Shown one piece after another: positions 1 to 9,327 of a DNA stretch of 64,000 bases. The first letter of the stretch is position 1. Each line of letters starts with the position of its first letter. Under the pieces are notes generated by a model that saw only the letters and a list, made by a program, of their open reading frames with translations, was not told the DNA's origin and did no database searches. Origin of the DNA: Naegleria gruberi (lineage: Eukaryota); the NCBI GenBank assembly GCA_000004985.1, contig GG738846.1; one strand, 5' to 3'. Position numbers and translations under genes: made by a program.

Positions 1-1364
1 CCAAATACGATTTTCTTCCTTTTCAGTTGTATCGTATGGATTTTCACAAATCCACAATTTTCTTAACGAAGGAATATAGGTTAACACTCTAAGACAGTGA
101 GTTTCAGAAATTGCATTATCATTAATGTTGAACTCTCTCAGTTTTTCTAATCTTTCCAACCCACAACCTTTAATAGTGGTAATACTATTCTTTGAAAGGT
201 CTAATTCCTTGATATTCACCATATTTCCAATATGAAATTCGGTCAGTCTTGCATTTGATAAGGATAGTGTAGTAATATTTTCTGGTTGCCAAGACTCGAG
301 TTCTAATCTTTCACATAAAGCATTCATTCTTTCATCCCACTTAAGGTATGAAAATGTCTTTCTGCTTACTACAGTTCCATAGACATCATTTGCATTCTCT
401 CTCTCTGAAAATGAAACTGTTTGTCCATTGAGTGAAATTATTCTTGGACATGTTCCAATTAGGATAGGTCTCCAATTTCCAATTTTTTCTATTGGATTAT
501 CCATAACAACCAAATGCTCAATGAATGGAGATGCTTGTAGCATTGGTAAAATATTATCCATTACAGAAATGTTATTAAATCTAACATCCAATACTCTTAG
601 TAATGGTAGATTGATACCAACAAGGGTATCCAAATTCATACATCTCATTACAAGTACAACACAATATTGGTATGAGGACAACTATTAAAGATTAACTATT
701 AAAATATTTCCACTTTAAACATACCCTTTGATGAAATTTATCCGATTTGATTCTAATATTTTCCAAAAGAATTTTTTGAATAAATTGAGGTTGTACTGAA
801 TAAATATCCTCAGGTTTAGATATTGTTTCCTGAGCAGTAAATTGATCAAATCTTTTCAATGGAGGTAAATGAGGAGAAAATTTAGAAGGAATAAACTTTT
901 TAAATGGTGTCTTTTCTTCACTCAATCTTATTGAATTGTATTTGTCCACATCAATATGTTTCGGAAATAAACCCATTTGAGGTTCATTCTTATATTTTGG
1001 AGGATCAGGAAGAGCATTTAAAATATCACCCGAGGTTACTATGATTAAAATCAAATTATATAATGCTTAGTATACAAAACCTACAATTTAACATGAGAGT
1101 GAGAGTCTGAGGGAATTGTTTTTCAATCTCAAACACTTGCTTGTATTTATAGTTAGCAGAAATATCTCCTAACTTTAATCTTCCTCTCCTAAAGTAATCA
1201 ACTGATTTTGGATTTAAATATTCTAAATTTTCCATAGTTTTACATTCTTCACCTGCACTAAATGTAATACCGTTATCATTCACGTGATTGTTCAATCCTT
1301 GAATATTAGCAGTTTCTATATCATCCTCCGCACTTGCTAAGGATGATAGTTTGGAACTGAACAT
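1..1364 (-). CDS. Leucine-rich-repeat protein, 5' portion of a gene that continues past the window start. At least 3 exons: about 1082-1364, 693-1044 and 1-649, with GTAGGT/GTATGT introns.
   Basis: Minus-strand translation of 1-690 gives LxxLxLxxNxI repeats (ELDLSKNSITTIKGCGLERLEKLREFNINDNAIS, VLDVRFNNISVMDNILP). An in-frame donor GTATGT after ..KFHQR joins to the 692-1054 ORF. ATG at 1362-1364 (MFSSKLSS). Confidence 0.5.
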
Positions 1365-1603
1365 TTTTTAAGCCTTAATTTTAAAATGAAGAGCGGCACA
1401 AAGAAATCTCTCCTGAGAGTGGATTTTTTGGAGGGAAATGGAGAGAATTGAATTTGGAACTCTATGGATTTTCAACAAGTACTCCCAACGAATAGCTGTT
1501 TACAGTTCAACAACAACACTGTGTTGCTTCAACGGGTTAAGATATTTCACTTGTTTCATTCTCTCTCAGCACCATTCCCAGTGAAAGAAAATGGTATGAG
1601 AAT

Positions 1604-4225
1604 CTACATAATAAGAGCAAGTGTAACAAAGAGAATAAAGTGATACAAAGTCTCTAGAGTAGAATCGAGAAGAAACTTGGGAGAGAATACACTCCAAACA
1701 AACAAGTGGTTTTGCATGAGGAGGAGGACAAATCCGCTCATTAAGATTTTTCCAGACCTCAATAATAAATTGTATACCTGGACATTGAACTTGTTCCCTT
1801 TTCTATTATGGATGGTCCAATCATTTTCCATTTCAATGGTTGCAAAAATTTCAAATATCATTCTTGGAGCGTAAATTTTAACAAACAGGGAAAATCCAAT
1901 TAAAAGAGGATGATAAAAAGTCAATCCTTGATAAGCAATAGAAAAATCAATATTGGCTATGGAAATACTTCTACCAAACCTGAAATAGCATGAATATGCA
2001 AATATTTGACAAATGAACAATTTGGAAAAGTCAGTCAAGGTTCCACTGATTGATGTTCTCGCACGCTTCGTTTGTAGAGAGTGGTGCCTCTTCATGACAT
2101 GATTCAATAGAATAACCTGAATTGTACTAATTAAAATCAATGGATAATTACAAGTATGCTCATTCAGGAACCAAATGAAAGAAAATAGCATGAATGATAT
2201 AATCCTCTCTGTTCTCAAAATAATGGCAACTAGTAAAGCCATTATGCATGATCCCACATTGATAATAACAATATTAATCCTATCAGAAAGTCCCAACTGA
2301 CCCTCTAACAATTTAAAATCCAATACATAACACCATACCAAAATGCAAGGAGCGAGTAGGGCCCCTCTCAACAATTTTCTATCATTCAATTCATGATACT
2401 TCCAATAATGTGCTGCCATTAGAAAAAGTGCAATCAAAAAAGATGCCATTTCAATAATCTCTCTCTTCGAGGTTTGAGTTTCCGAATATTGGGAATCCTT
2501 GACACCGCTAACATTCCAATTTCTTGTCATGGAATCCAATACTAACATGGCGAGTATCCACTTGTTATTCTCCAATTTGAAGAAAATAAATAGTAATATA
2601 AATGCTGCAAAGTAGTACCATATATGGTGTTCTTCTTCAATGAGACTGCTCGATCCATAACTTGCCAGATGGATAATAATCATTCCAACAAATATATAAT
2701 CATTGGAAATATTGAATCTCCTCAAAGAATTGTTCCTATATAGCAAAAACACAAGAAGTGCAACAAAAATGGTAAGGAACGCTAAACCTACTAAGACTGC
2801 TCCCAGTTGAATACTCCCGCTCTTTTTAATGAGCCTAGAGCTCATATCTGAAAGTATGTCGAAATAATTTTCAATTTGATTAGTTCTGTTAAAGTTATTA
2901 TTTTCAACACTCTCCCATCTTTTCAAATATTCAATATATTCTTGATCATTCACATTTTGCAGCAATTGAGCTGCATTGGAAATGATACTTGTGAGTGTAA
3001 ATTGTTCTTTAAAAATTACTATTAATATAATCAATATTATATTATTCAACTTACCACCAAAAGGTAAAAACAAATCGAGAATAATCTTTCCCACACTCAA
3101 TTCTGGAATTGGAACACCGGTCAAGAGTGAAATAGTTGGACAGAAATCTATTTGATTAACTGTGCCTCTGTAAATTGTTTCCTTTGATTGGATTAGTGGA
3201 TGAATAAAAGCCAACACTGCATTGGTTTCCATTGGTGTACTACCACCATGATTTCCATCATTGGTCATTCCATGGTCACTGCCGATAACAAAAAGAGTAT
3301 CATTGATACGAGATAGAATTGGTTCGAAAACTTGATCATTGTAATATTGAAATTTTTCTTTAAATTCCATTTCAGAAGCATGCATATGTCCAAGATGATC
3401 AAATCCAAGATAGTGCAATATCATCAAATCCCAACTGTTTTGCATTTGCATTTCTTCATTGATATGTCGTGTGACATTATTGTCAACAATTACAGTATCT
3501 GTCACATAGAGAGAATGTGTGGAATCACTTCTTGATTGAAAAATATTACTTTCAGATTGGCTTACCAACCTGAACCAAGTTTCATCCCCATGTAGTAAAA
3601 TTTTCCAATCTCCCTTTTTCAAATTATACAAAAATCCACTACTATTAACTATTTTTCTTTTCAACTCTTTATCTGGTCCATCATTCGATTCGGTGGAATG
3701 ATCCTCAGTGACAACATTCATTACAACATCTACAAAATTTGACATTTGACCATTTACAAGTGATCTCAATTTTGGAAGGGTAACAGTTGGTGCATGAGCA
3801 TAACTTGTGAACCATATAAAATTTTCCTTTCTATTGTGAATAGAGCTAAGTAGTGATGTATCATCACTATTCAGTGCATTGTCAAATCTCATTGATCCAA
3901 GAGCATCAATTAAAATAAAAACAATCTTGTTGACCTTTGGTTGATTATTTTCTTCTAATAATTCCAATTTTGAACTCTTTATCAATTCTTTTTTAATTTC
4001 CTCTAAATTTCTATTCGATTGAGAAGTGATTTTATCACCCAAAGGAAAAAATCCAGTAAATGTCAAGTAAATTCCAAACAAGTAGAGAGAAAATAAAATC
4101 CACACTATTAAATTATTTTTGATTCGTTCTGTTGAACAACAATATATTATTGATGCCGATGATGATTCGGAATTGTCATTATCATCATGATTCGTCATTA
4201 ATTTCTTCTCCTGTTGTTTTGACAT
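1604..4225 (-). CDS. GPI ethanolamine-phosphate transferase (PigO/PigG/Gpi13-Gpi7 family), multi-pass membrane protein. One in-frame 48-nt intron near 3010-3057.
   Basis: N-terminal TM followed by an alkaline-phosphatase-like domain with motifs FILIDALGSMRFDN, HGDETWFRL, HYLGFDHLGHM and VIGSDHGMTNDGNHGGS, then >10 C-terminal TM helices. The track start at 4243 is a TTG codon; the first ATG is MSKQQ at 4223-4225. Confidence 0.75.
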   Translation of the reverse strand: MSKQQEKKLMTNHDDNDNSESSSASIIYCCSTERIKNNLIVWILFSLYLFGIYLTFTGFFPLGDKITSQSNRNLEEIKKELIKSSKLELLEENNQPKVNKIVFILIDALGSMRFDNALNSDDTSLLSSIHNRKENFIWFTSYAHAPTVTLPKLRSLVNGQMSNFVDVVMNVVTEDHSTESNDGPDKELKRKIVNSSGFLYNLKKGDWKILLHGDETWFRLVSQSESNIFQSRSDSTHSLYVTDTVIVDNNVTRHINEEMQMQNSWDLMILHYLGFDHLGHMHASEMEFKEKFQYYNDQVFEPILSRINDTLFVIGSDHGMTNDGNHGGSTPMETNAVLAFIHPLIQSKETIYRGTVNQIDFCPTISLLTGVPIPELSVGKIILDLFLPFGGKLNNIILIILIVIFKEQFTLTSIISNAAQLLQNVNDQEYIEYLKRWESVENNNFNRTNQIENYFDILSDMSSRLIKKSGSIQLGAVLVGLAFLTIFVALLVFLLYRNNSLRRFNISNDYIFVGMIIIHLASYGSSSLIEEEHHIWYYFAAFILLFIFFKLENNKWILAMLVLDSMTRNWNVSGVKDSQYSETQTSKREIIEMASFLIALFLMAAHYWKYHELNDRKLLRGALLAPCILVWCYVLDFKLLEGQLGLSDRINIVIINVGSCIMALLVAIILRTERIISFMLFSFIWFLNEHTCNYPLILISTIQVILLNHVMKRHHSLQTKRARTSISGTLTDFSKLFICQIFAYSCYFRFGRSISIANIDFSIAYQGLTFYHPLLIGFSLFVKIYAPRMIFEIFATIEMENDWTIHNRKGNKFNVQVYNLLLRSGKILMSGFVLLLMQNHLFVWSVFSPKFLLDSTLETLYHFILFVTLALIM

Positions 4226-4423
4226 TTTTTTTTTGAAAATCAAAACAAGTGGATATTAAAATTGTGTAACGGTAACCTCTCTACTCTTTTCAAATCAATT
4301 CAATTAATATTAAAATTATTAAAATGTTCAACTCTTATCATTCCAAGTTATATTACAATTATTAAGGAATTTTAAAAAATTGGAGGTAAATTTTCTAATC
4401 ATTTCAAGTAAATTGTTTAAAAA

Positions 4424-4714
4424 ATGAGACAAAACTTTTGTAGAGCCATCCGCTCATTCGCTTCTTCATCTGCCCTCCGTAAGAATTTTACTTCATCCTC
4501 CTCTAGTAGTAGTTTCAAGATTTCAGGAGCAGCTTCATTCCTCACCACTTCACAACAACAAAATAATATAATGAATTATAGCTCATCGACAGCTATTCAA
4601 GCCATAACACAAGAAGGCGGAAAGAATAATAATTTGTCTGGTTTTAGAAATGTTAGATCGACAGGATTGGCTACCCAAGTACTTAGCTTGTGTGTATGCT
4701 CAGATGATGGTACG
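4424..4714 (+). CDS. First exon of a small protein with a mitochondrial-presequence-like N-terminus (MRQNFCRAIRSFASSSALRKNF...). The ORF runs into a GTACGTAAGT donor; downstream exon not resolved.
   Basis: ATG in A-rich context. S/R-rich N-terminus with no acidic residues. Donor gtacgtaagt at 4715. Confidence 0.25.
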
Positions 4715-5128
4715 TAAGTGTCTGGTTTAATGATAATTTTAATATTTACATTCAAATAGATGATTGCTGATAAGTCTGCGGTTGTTTTTGCTCTTTGAGA
4801 GTTTAGGATACTTTGTAACGATAATTTTGTTATTACTCTTTCCCTTTCATCTCTTTCCTACCATACTAAAGTAACAATATTGTTGTTGGACTATTAAAAT
4901 TATTTTCTTAATATTATTTATGTGTATACATTGGATTAATCGTTTGGAATTTTCTTGAATGTTTTAGTAATATAGCAATTATTAACATTTTGATGAAATT
5001 GATATCAATTCTTTCCGATTGCTTCCTAAATCTTTCTTTCTATCATTATTTAACATGTTAATACAATTAAAAGGAAATGATGATAAAAATCACATTATAT
5101 GTACAATTTAATAAGAGATATACATTGC

Positions 5129-5527
5129 TTATTGCAAAGTACCAGCATTGACCAATGAATCAGCAACACCCTTCAAGAATGAGTAAGCATTTGGATTCTT
5201 GTGTGGTTCAGAAAAACTACCAACAATGACAGCTGACTTCAAGACAACTCCTGATACGCCTTGCTTCTTTGTGGAAGAGAAACCTTGGAAGTTTTCTTCA
5301 TCAGCAACCAAACCCATATATTTGACACCACCCAAAGTAATACCAGTAGCAGGAACAGAAGATGGATTAGCAACTTGACCAGCCAAATTCTTAGCTTCTT
5401 GAGCAGTGACGGCCCAACCATCAGTAACACCCCAGATAGTACCATCTCTACCCATGATCAAACCCTTTTGGATCAAACCATTTGATGGAGCAACGAATTG
5501 AGAGTCAACGAAAGGAGTCCAAGACAT
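5129..5527 (-). CDS. Profilin
   Basis: 132 aa. MSW..FVD N-terminus. ITLGGVKYM core motif matches the profilin signature LTLGGxKYM. Length typical of profilin. ATG verified at 5525-5527. Confidence 0.8.
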   Translation of the reverse strand: MSWTPFVDSQFVAPSNGLIQKGLIMGRDGTIWGVTDGWAVTAQEAKNLAGQVANPSSVPATGITLGGVKYMGLVADEENFQGFSSTKKQGVSGVVLKSAVIVGSFSEPHKNPNAYSFLKGVADSLVNAGTLQ

Positions 5528-6090
5528 TTTGTGTTAAATTATTTATATTTGAAATTAATAATACAATGCTGCTGCTGATGTGTACCTATTAAATAGGTTT
5601 GTTCATCATAATGGATTGACAGGTTTAATGTCTTGTCTTTCAAAAATTTAACATGTCGTGTAATGACAAGTGCCATTCAAGGAAATAAGGGGCTAAAATT
5701 GTATTGTGACTACGAATGTATTTACAATGAAAATCTTCTTTACAGTATTTGTGTGTTTAATATTGTATCTTTCATCAATAAGGTAGAAAATGTAAATCTC
5801 TTGATTGTAAACATCTATTTTCCAAATACATTTGAATACTCTTTAGGTTTTTATAATATTATAATAAATGTTAGTTAACTTTGAACTCAACATAATTACA
5901 AGCTTGCAATTCGAATGGTCACAATGATGAACTTGGTTGGTTCCACAAAATTAAAAAAAATGTTCAACTATCAACCACACCAACCATCCATCAACTCCAA
6001 TACTAATAATACTAGTAGCACCATCACCACTCCACCACTCACTAATAATCCATCAATCTTTCCACCCATTCCTTCTTCTTCATCAACATT

Positions 6091-7512
6091 ATGGAATACA
6101 ACTATCATGCCGCAACAGTATGGTCAGCATATGAATCAGATTCATCAAACTCTACTGCTCCATTACTTCTCGTTCCATATGATATGAGAATGAGTTCAAT
6201 GGATACAAGTTGTGGTAATAATTTGGAAAATTTGAATGAGGAAGATGGAATGATTGGTGTATGCACTGGAGAATTGAGTGAAAGTGAAGAATTTCCTTTC
6301 ATTCAATTGATTTTTAGAGATTCTGTCAGAATTGAAAGAATGATTATTGGAGCTTGTTCTCTTGATGTTTGGGGAAATGAATATTTGCAAGGTTGTCAAG
6401 TTCAATATCTTACAAAGGGCAATGAATGGCAACATTTGGCAATTATTTCATTGGATGGTGACAATCCAGATTGTGAAATTATTCTCAAATCACCAATTGA
6501 AACAAACTCAATTCGTGTCAAGACAGATTCTGAATATATTGGATTAGGAAAGTGGAAATGTTTTGGACAAGTAGTTGGTAATGTAACGAGAGGTTTAGAT
6601 ATAGAAAAGTTTCCACTCGATCAAAGTGGAACATCTTTTATTGACATGATTTCAATTCCATATAGAGTCAAGATGAGCTCCAAGTTTGCAAATACTGAGA
6701 ATACCTTTGCTTCACTCGTGGATGCTTCTGATTTATCAGTTGGTGCTGCTACAAATAATGATATCAATAGCTATATTGAAGCAGTGTTTTTGACACCTGC
6801 TCAACCTATTACTCATATTGCAATCAATTCACTTACAAAGAAGGATTGGGGTGTCAAGTATTCCCATAACCTTTTACTTGAATATTCTGATAATGGAGTT
6901 GATTGGAAGGTACTTCAAAAGTTGACTGATGTGCATGATAAATCGGCTCCTATTTCACTTGCACAGGCAGTTGTTTCAACTCATTGGAGAGTAAGGAGAG
7001 TTGAAGAAGGTTATGTAGCTTTGGGGTTGTTTAAATTCTACACATACCATCACATGTATAATGAATCGGTTGCTCCAAGTCAACCAACAATTTCCAAACC
7101 ACTCACCTATACTATTACCATGTCAGATGCCGATGAATCGTTAACAAATACTTATCAGTCATTACAAGACCCTTCTGGAAAATCTAGTGGAGCAGGCACT
7201 CTTGCTTCAAATAGTCCATTCATTCAAATCTCGTTTGATAGAGTGTACAAGTTGGTTTCATTGGATATTAGACCAATCAGAAAGCCAGATTGGGGCACAG
7301 CCTACTTGTCACCATGTTGTATCAAGTACTCTGAGAATGGTACTAAATGGTTTGATTCTGTATCTTTGAGTAATATCAGTCAAGAGTTGACCACCATTGT
7401 ATTGGATAATATATCTGCAAAGCATTTGAGAATTGTTAAGGAACCTAATGAAGAGGAAGAAGAAGAAGAGAGCTATATTGGAGTTGGTTCTTTAATTGTT
7501 CGTGGTTTTTAA
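6091..7512 (+). CDS. Protein with three tandem discoidin/F5-8 type C-like (galactose-binding-like) domains
   Basis: Three ~150-aa repeats each end in W..R...E.GY.ALG-type segments (IRVKTDSEYIGLGKWKCFG; WRVRRVEEGYVALGLFKFY; LRIVKEPN..SYIGVGSLIVRGF), reminiscent of the C-terminus of discoidin domains. No signal peptide. Confidence 0.45.
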   Translation: MEYNYHAATVWSAYESDSSNSTAPLLLVPYDMRMSSMDTSCGNNLENLNEEDGMIGVCTGELSESEEFPFIQLIFRDSVRIERMIIGACSLDVWGNEYLQGCQVQYLTKGNEWQHLAIISLDGDNPDCEIILKSPIETNSIRVKTDSEYIGLGKWKCFGQVVGNVTRGLDIEKFPLDQSGTSFIDMISIPYRVKMSSKFANTENTFASLVDASDLSVGAATNNDINSYIEAVFLTPAQPITHIAINSLTKKDWGVKYSHNLLLEYSDNGVDWKVLQKLTDVHDKSAPISLAQAVVSTHWRVRRVEEGYVALGLFKFYTYHHMYNESVAPSQPTISKPLTYTITMSDADESLTNTYQSLQDPSGKSSGAGTLASNSPFIQISFDRVYKLVSLDIRPIRKPDWGTAYLSPCCIKYSENGTKWFDSVSLSNISQELTTIVLDNISAKHLRIVKEPNEEEEEEESYIGVGSLIVRGF

Positions 7513-7570
7513 ATTCAAAAATCCAATTGTACAATATCAAATAAAGTTAAAAAACCTGACATGAGTTTTT

Positions 7571-8110
7571 CTAATTAAAAACTGTATCGATACACCTTTC
7601 CAATGAAATATCTTGTTTAAAATTTTTCATTTCTCTTCCTGCTGGTTCACTACATGCTGGTGAATTTCTTTCTGTTTCATTATTTGGTCTTAGCAGCCCA
7701 CAATATTGAGTCAGATGATTTAACATGTTTGTGGCTTCTGGAATTGGATTTATGGAAGCTTCTTCTCTTCTTCTAAGAGAAAGTGACAAATCTTGAGGAT
7801 AGATTGCCTTTTGGTGGTATCTTAATATTGTTTTACCATCAAAATCTGCCTTCAGTTCAATAGAAGACCACTCAGTATCATATTCCTCTGAATCTCTCCT
7901 CATATCGGTCACAGTATTTTTTATAAAGGTATAGGTACCAGCTGTTTTTGAATTTGGTTTTGCGAAAGAAAGTGCAGATAAACTTTTAAAGAGATTGAGA
8001 GAATCTCTCGAATGATTCCAATTACCCATCTTTCTAGCACTAATCTCACCATCCCAATTATTAATTGTTCCCTTCTTGAGTTCAGGTTTCTTATTTCCAG
8101 AAAATGTCAT
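7571..8110 (-). CDS. Hypothetical protein (179 aa)
   Basis: ORF with ATG verified at 8108-8110. No recognisable domain. Confidence 0.35.
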   Translation of the reverse strand: MTFSGNKKPELKKGTINNWDGEISARKMGNWNHSRDSLNLFKSLSALSFAKPNSKTAGTYTFIKNTVTDMRRDSEEYDTEWSSIELKADFDGKTILRYHQKAIYPQDLSLSLRRREEASINPIPEATNMLNHLTQYCGLLRPNNETERNSPACSEPAGREMKNFKQDISLERCIDTVFN

Positions 8111-8195
8111 TGTAAACCTGTAAATAAACTCATCAAAATTTCCTCCAGGACGTCTCCTTCAATAATTTTTCCATTTTAATTGAAATTGTTAATAC

Positions 8196-8582
8196 CTACT
8201 CTAAAGCTTTAAAATAAACTTCCAAACTCAACTTGTGTGCACTTTTATACTTTTTAAATATTTTAGATTGACTATTTGTTTGCCAAATCATGAATGGCAC
8301 AGAAATCTTCTTTTTTGCCATAGCATCTTCCAATTCATCATAATCGATCATATTTTGCAAACAAGTATTAAACTTTTCATTACACCTCCGATTGATCAGA
8401 GATAAATTATTAAATGTTTGTGCATCAAGATGAGTACAAATTTCATAAAACACTTCATCATCCATTGTATCAAATTTGAGAGGAATAATTTCATCACTAT
8501 CTGATGATTCCTTCATCTTTTTTGATGACTTATTGACATCAGAGGAGGATGCTTGATTCTTTCTCTTGGTTTGTTTTGGCAT
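8196..8582 (-). CDS. Hypothetical small protein with an F-box-like segment
   Basis: ATG at 8580-8582 (MPKQTKRK). Segment DDEVFYEICTHLDAQTFNNLSLINRRCNEKF resembles an F-box. Basic N-terminus. Confidence 0.4.
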   Translation of the reverse strand: MPKQTKRKNQASSSDVNKSSKKMKESSDSDEIIPLKFDTMDDEVFYEICTHLDAQTFNNLSLINRRCNEKFNTCLQNMIDYDELEDAMAKKKISVPFMIWQTNSQSKIFKKYKSAHKLSLEVYFKALE

Positions 8583-8802
8583 TTTTTTTACAATATGATT
8601 TTAAATATTTATTTTAAATATTTATTTTTAAACCGGTTTACACAACGACCCAAATGGTAAATGGCTGGCAAAAATCAAAGGCGACTTTTTTTTCGCCGCT
8701 TTATTTCTCCCATCCAGTACCAAACTGCTTGGGTGCAGAGTATAAATAAGAGACACAGCTGAGAGGAAGTAAAGAAACAAGCATAAAACAAATCATAAAA
8801 AA

Positions 8803-9201
8803 ATGTTCAACACTCAATTCATGAAAAAACTCCAAACCTTGTGGAATCAAGATGAAACCATTCCATCAACACTCAAATCTATAAATTTCAATGCCAATGT
8901 TGGTTATGGATATCAAGGAAAGGAAAATCCAGAAACTGTTTTGATTATCAAGGAAGGTACTGCTTCTGAAGCAAAGGTTTATGAAGGTGAAACTTTGGAT
9001 TGGGATATTAGATGTAGTGAAGACAATTGGGTGTATTATATGAAGAATGGAATGGGAATGACAACTTTGGGATCTGCTTACACAATGGGATGGATGAAAT
9101 TCCTTAAGGGAGACTACTTTAGTATGATTAAGAATCCAAGTATGATTGGACCATTTATTAAGAGTTTCGAATTGATGAGCAAGGTTTACAAGGACCAATA
9201 A
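8803..9201 (+). CDS. SCP2 sterol-carrier-like small protein
   Basis: 132 aa. C-terminal pattern DIRCSEDNWVYYMKNGMGMTTLGSAYTMGWMKFLKGDYFSM parallels the SCP2 fold signature (..[38 protein letters not shown]). ATG in AAAAATG context. TATA-like gagtataaataag about 45 bp upstream. Confidence 0.45.
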   Translation: MFNTQFMKKLQTLWNQDETIPSTLKSINFNANVGYGYQGKENPETVLIIKEGTASEAKVYEGETLDWDIRCSEDNWVYYMKNGMGMTTLGSAYTMGWMKFLKGDYFSMIKNPSMIGPFIKSFELMSKVYKDQ

Positions 9202-9327
9202 GCCAATTTTTTAAAGCAATTTTGTACTATAAACAACTATTATTTTCTAATTGTTGGCATCTTGGTGTTATTTGAAAAGAGCATCTTTATTCAAATCTCA
9301 AATATATTACTATTTGAATTGACGCTG

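Noticed and set aside
1677-3535. Small plus-strand ORFs (1677-1874, 3332-3535) antisense to the GPI transferase gene. Similar antisense or nested ORFs occur elsewhere: 5239-5485, 6105-6547, 10365-10984, 17524-18048, 22267-23048, 24088-24360, 30266-30484, 36841-38012, 41249-41807, 50860-51651, 53743-54494, 58047-58364, 62048-63231.
   Set aside because: All are short, embedded in well-supported genes on the opposite strand or another frame, with no motifs. Typical of chance ORFs.
4226-4243. Track N-termini beginning MIFKKK (4243), METLK (38511), MIIHHI (26311), MEEAGD, MKKPSN etc.
   Set aside because: The first codon is TTG or GTG, because the ORF caller uses bacterial starts. Not valid in a eukaryote. 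Starts were moved to the first ATG, or the ORF was treated as an internal exon.
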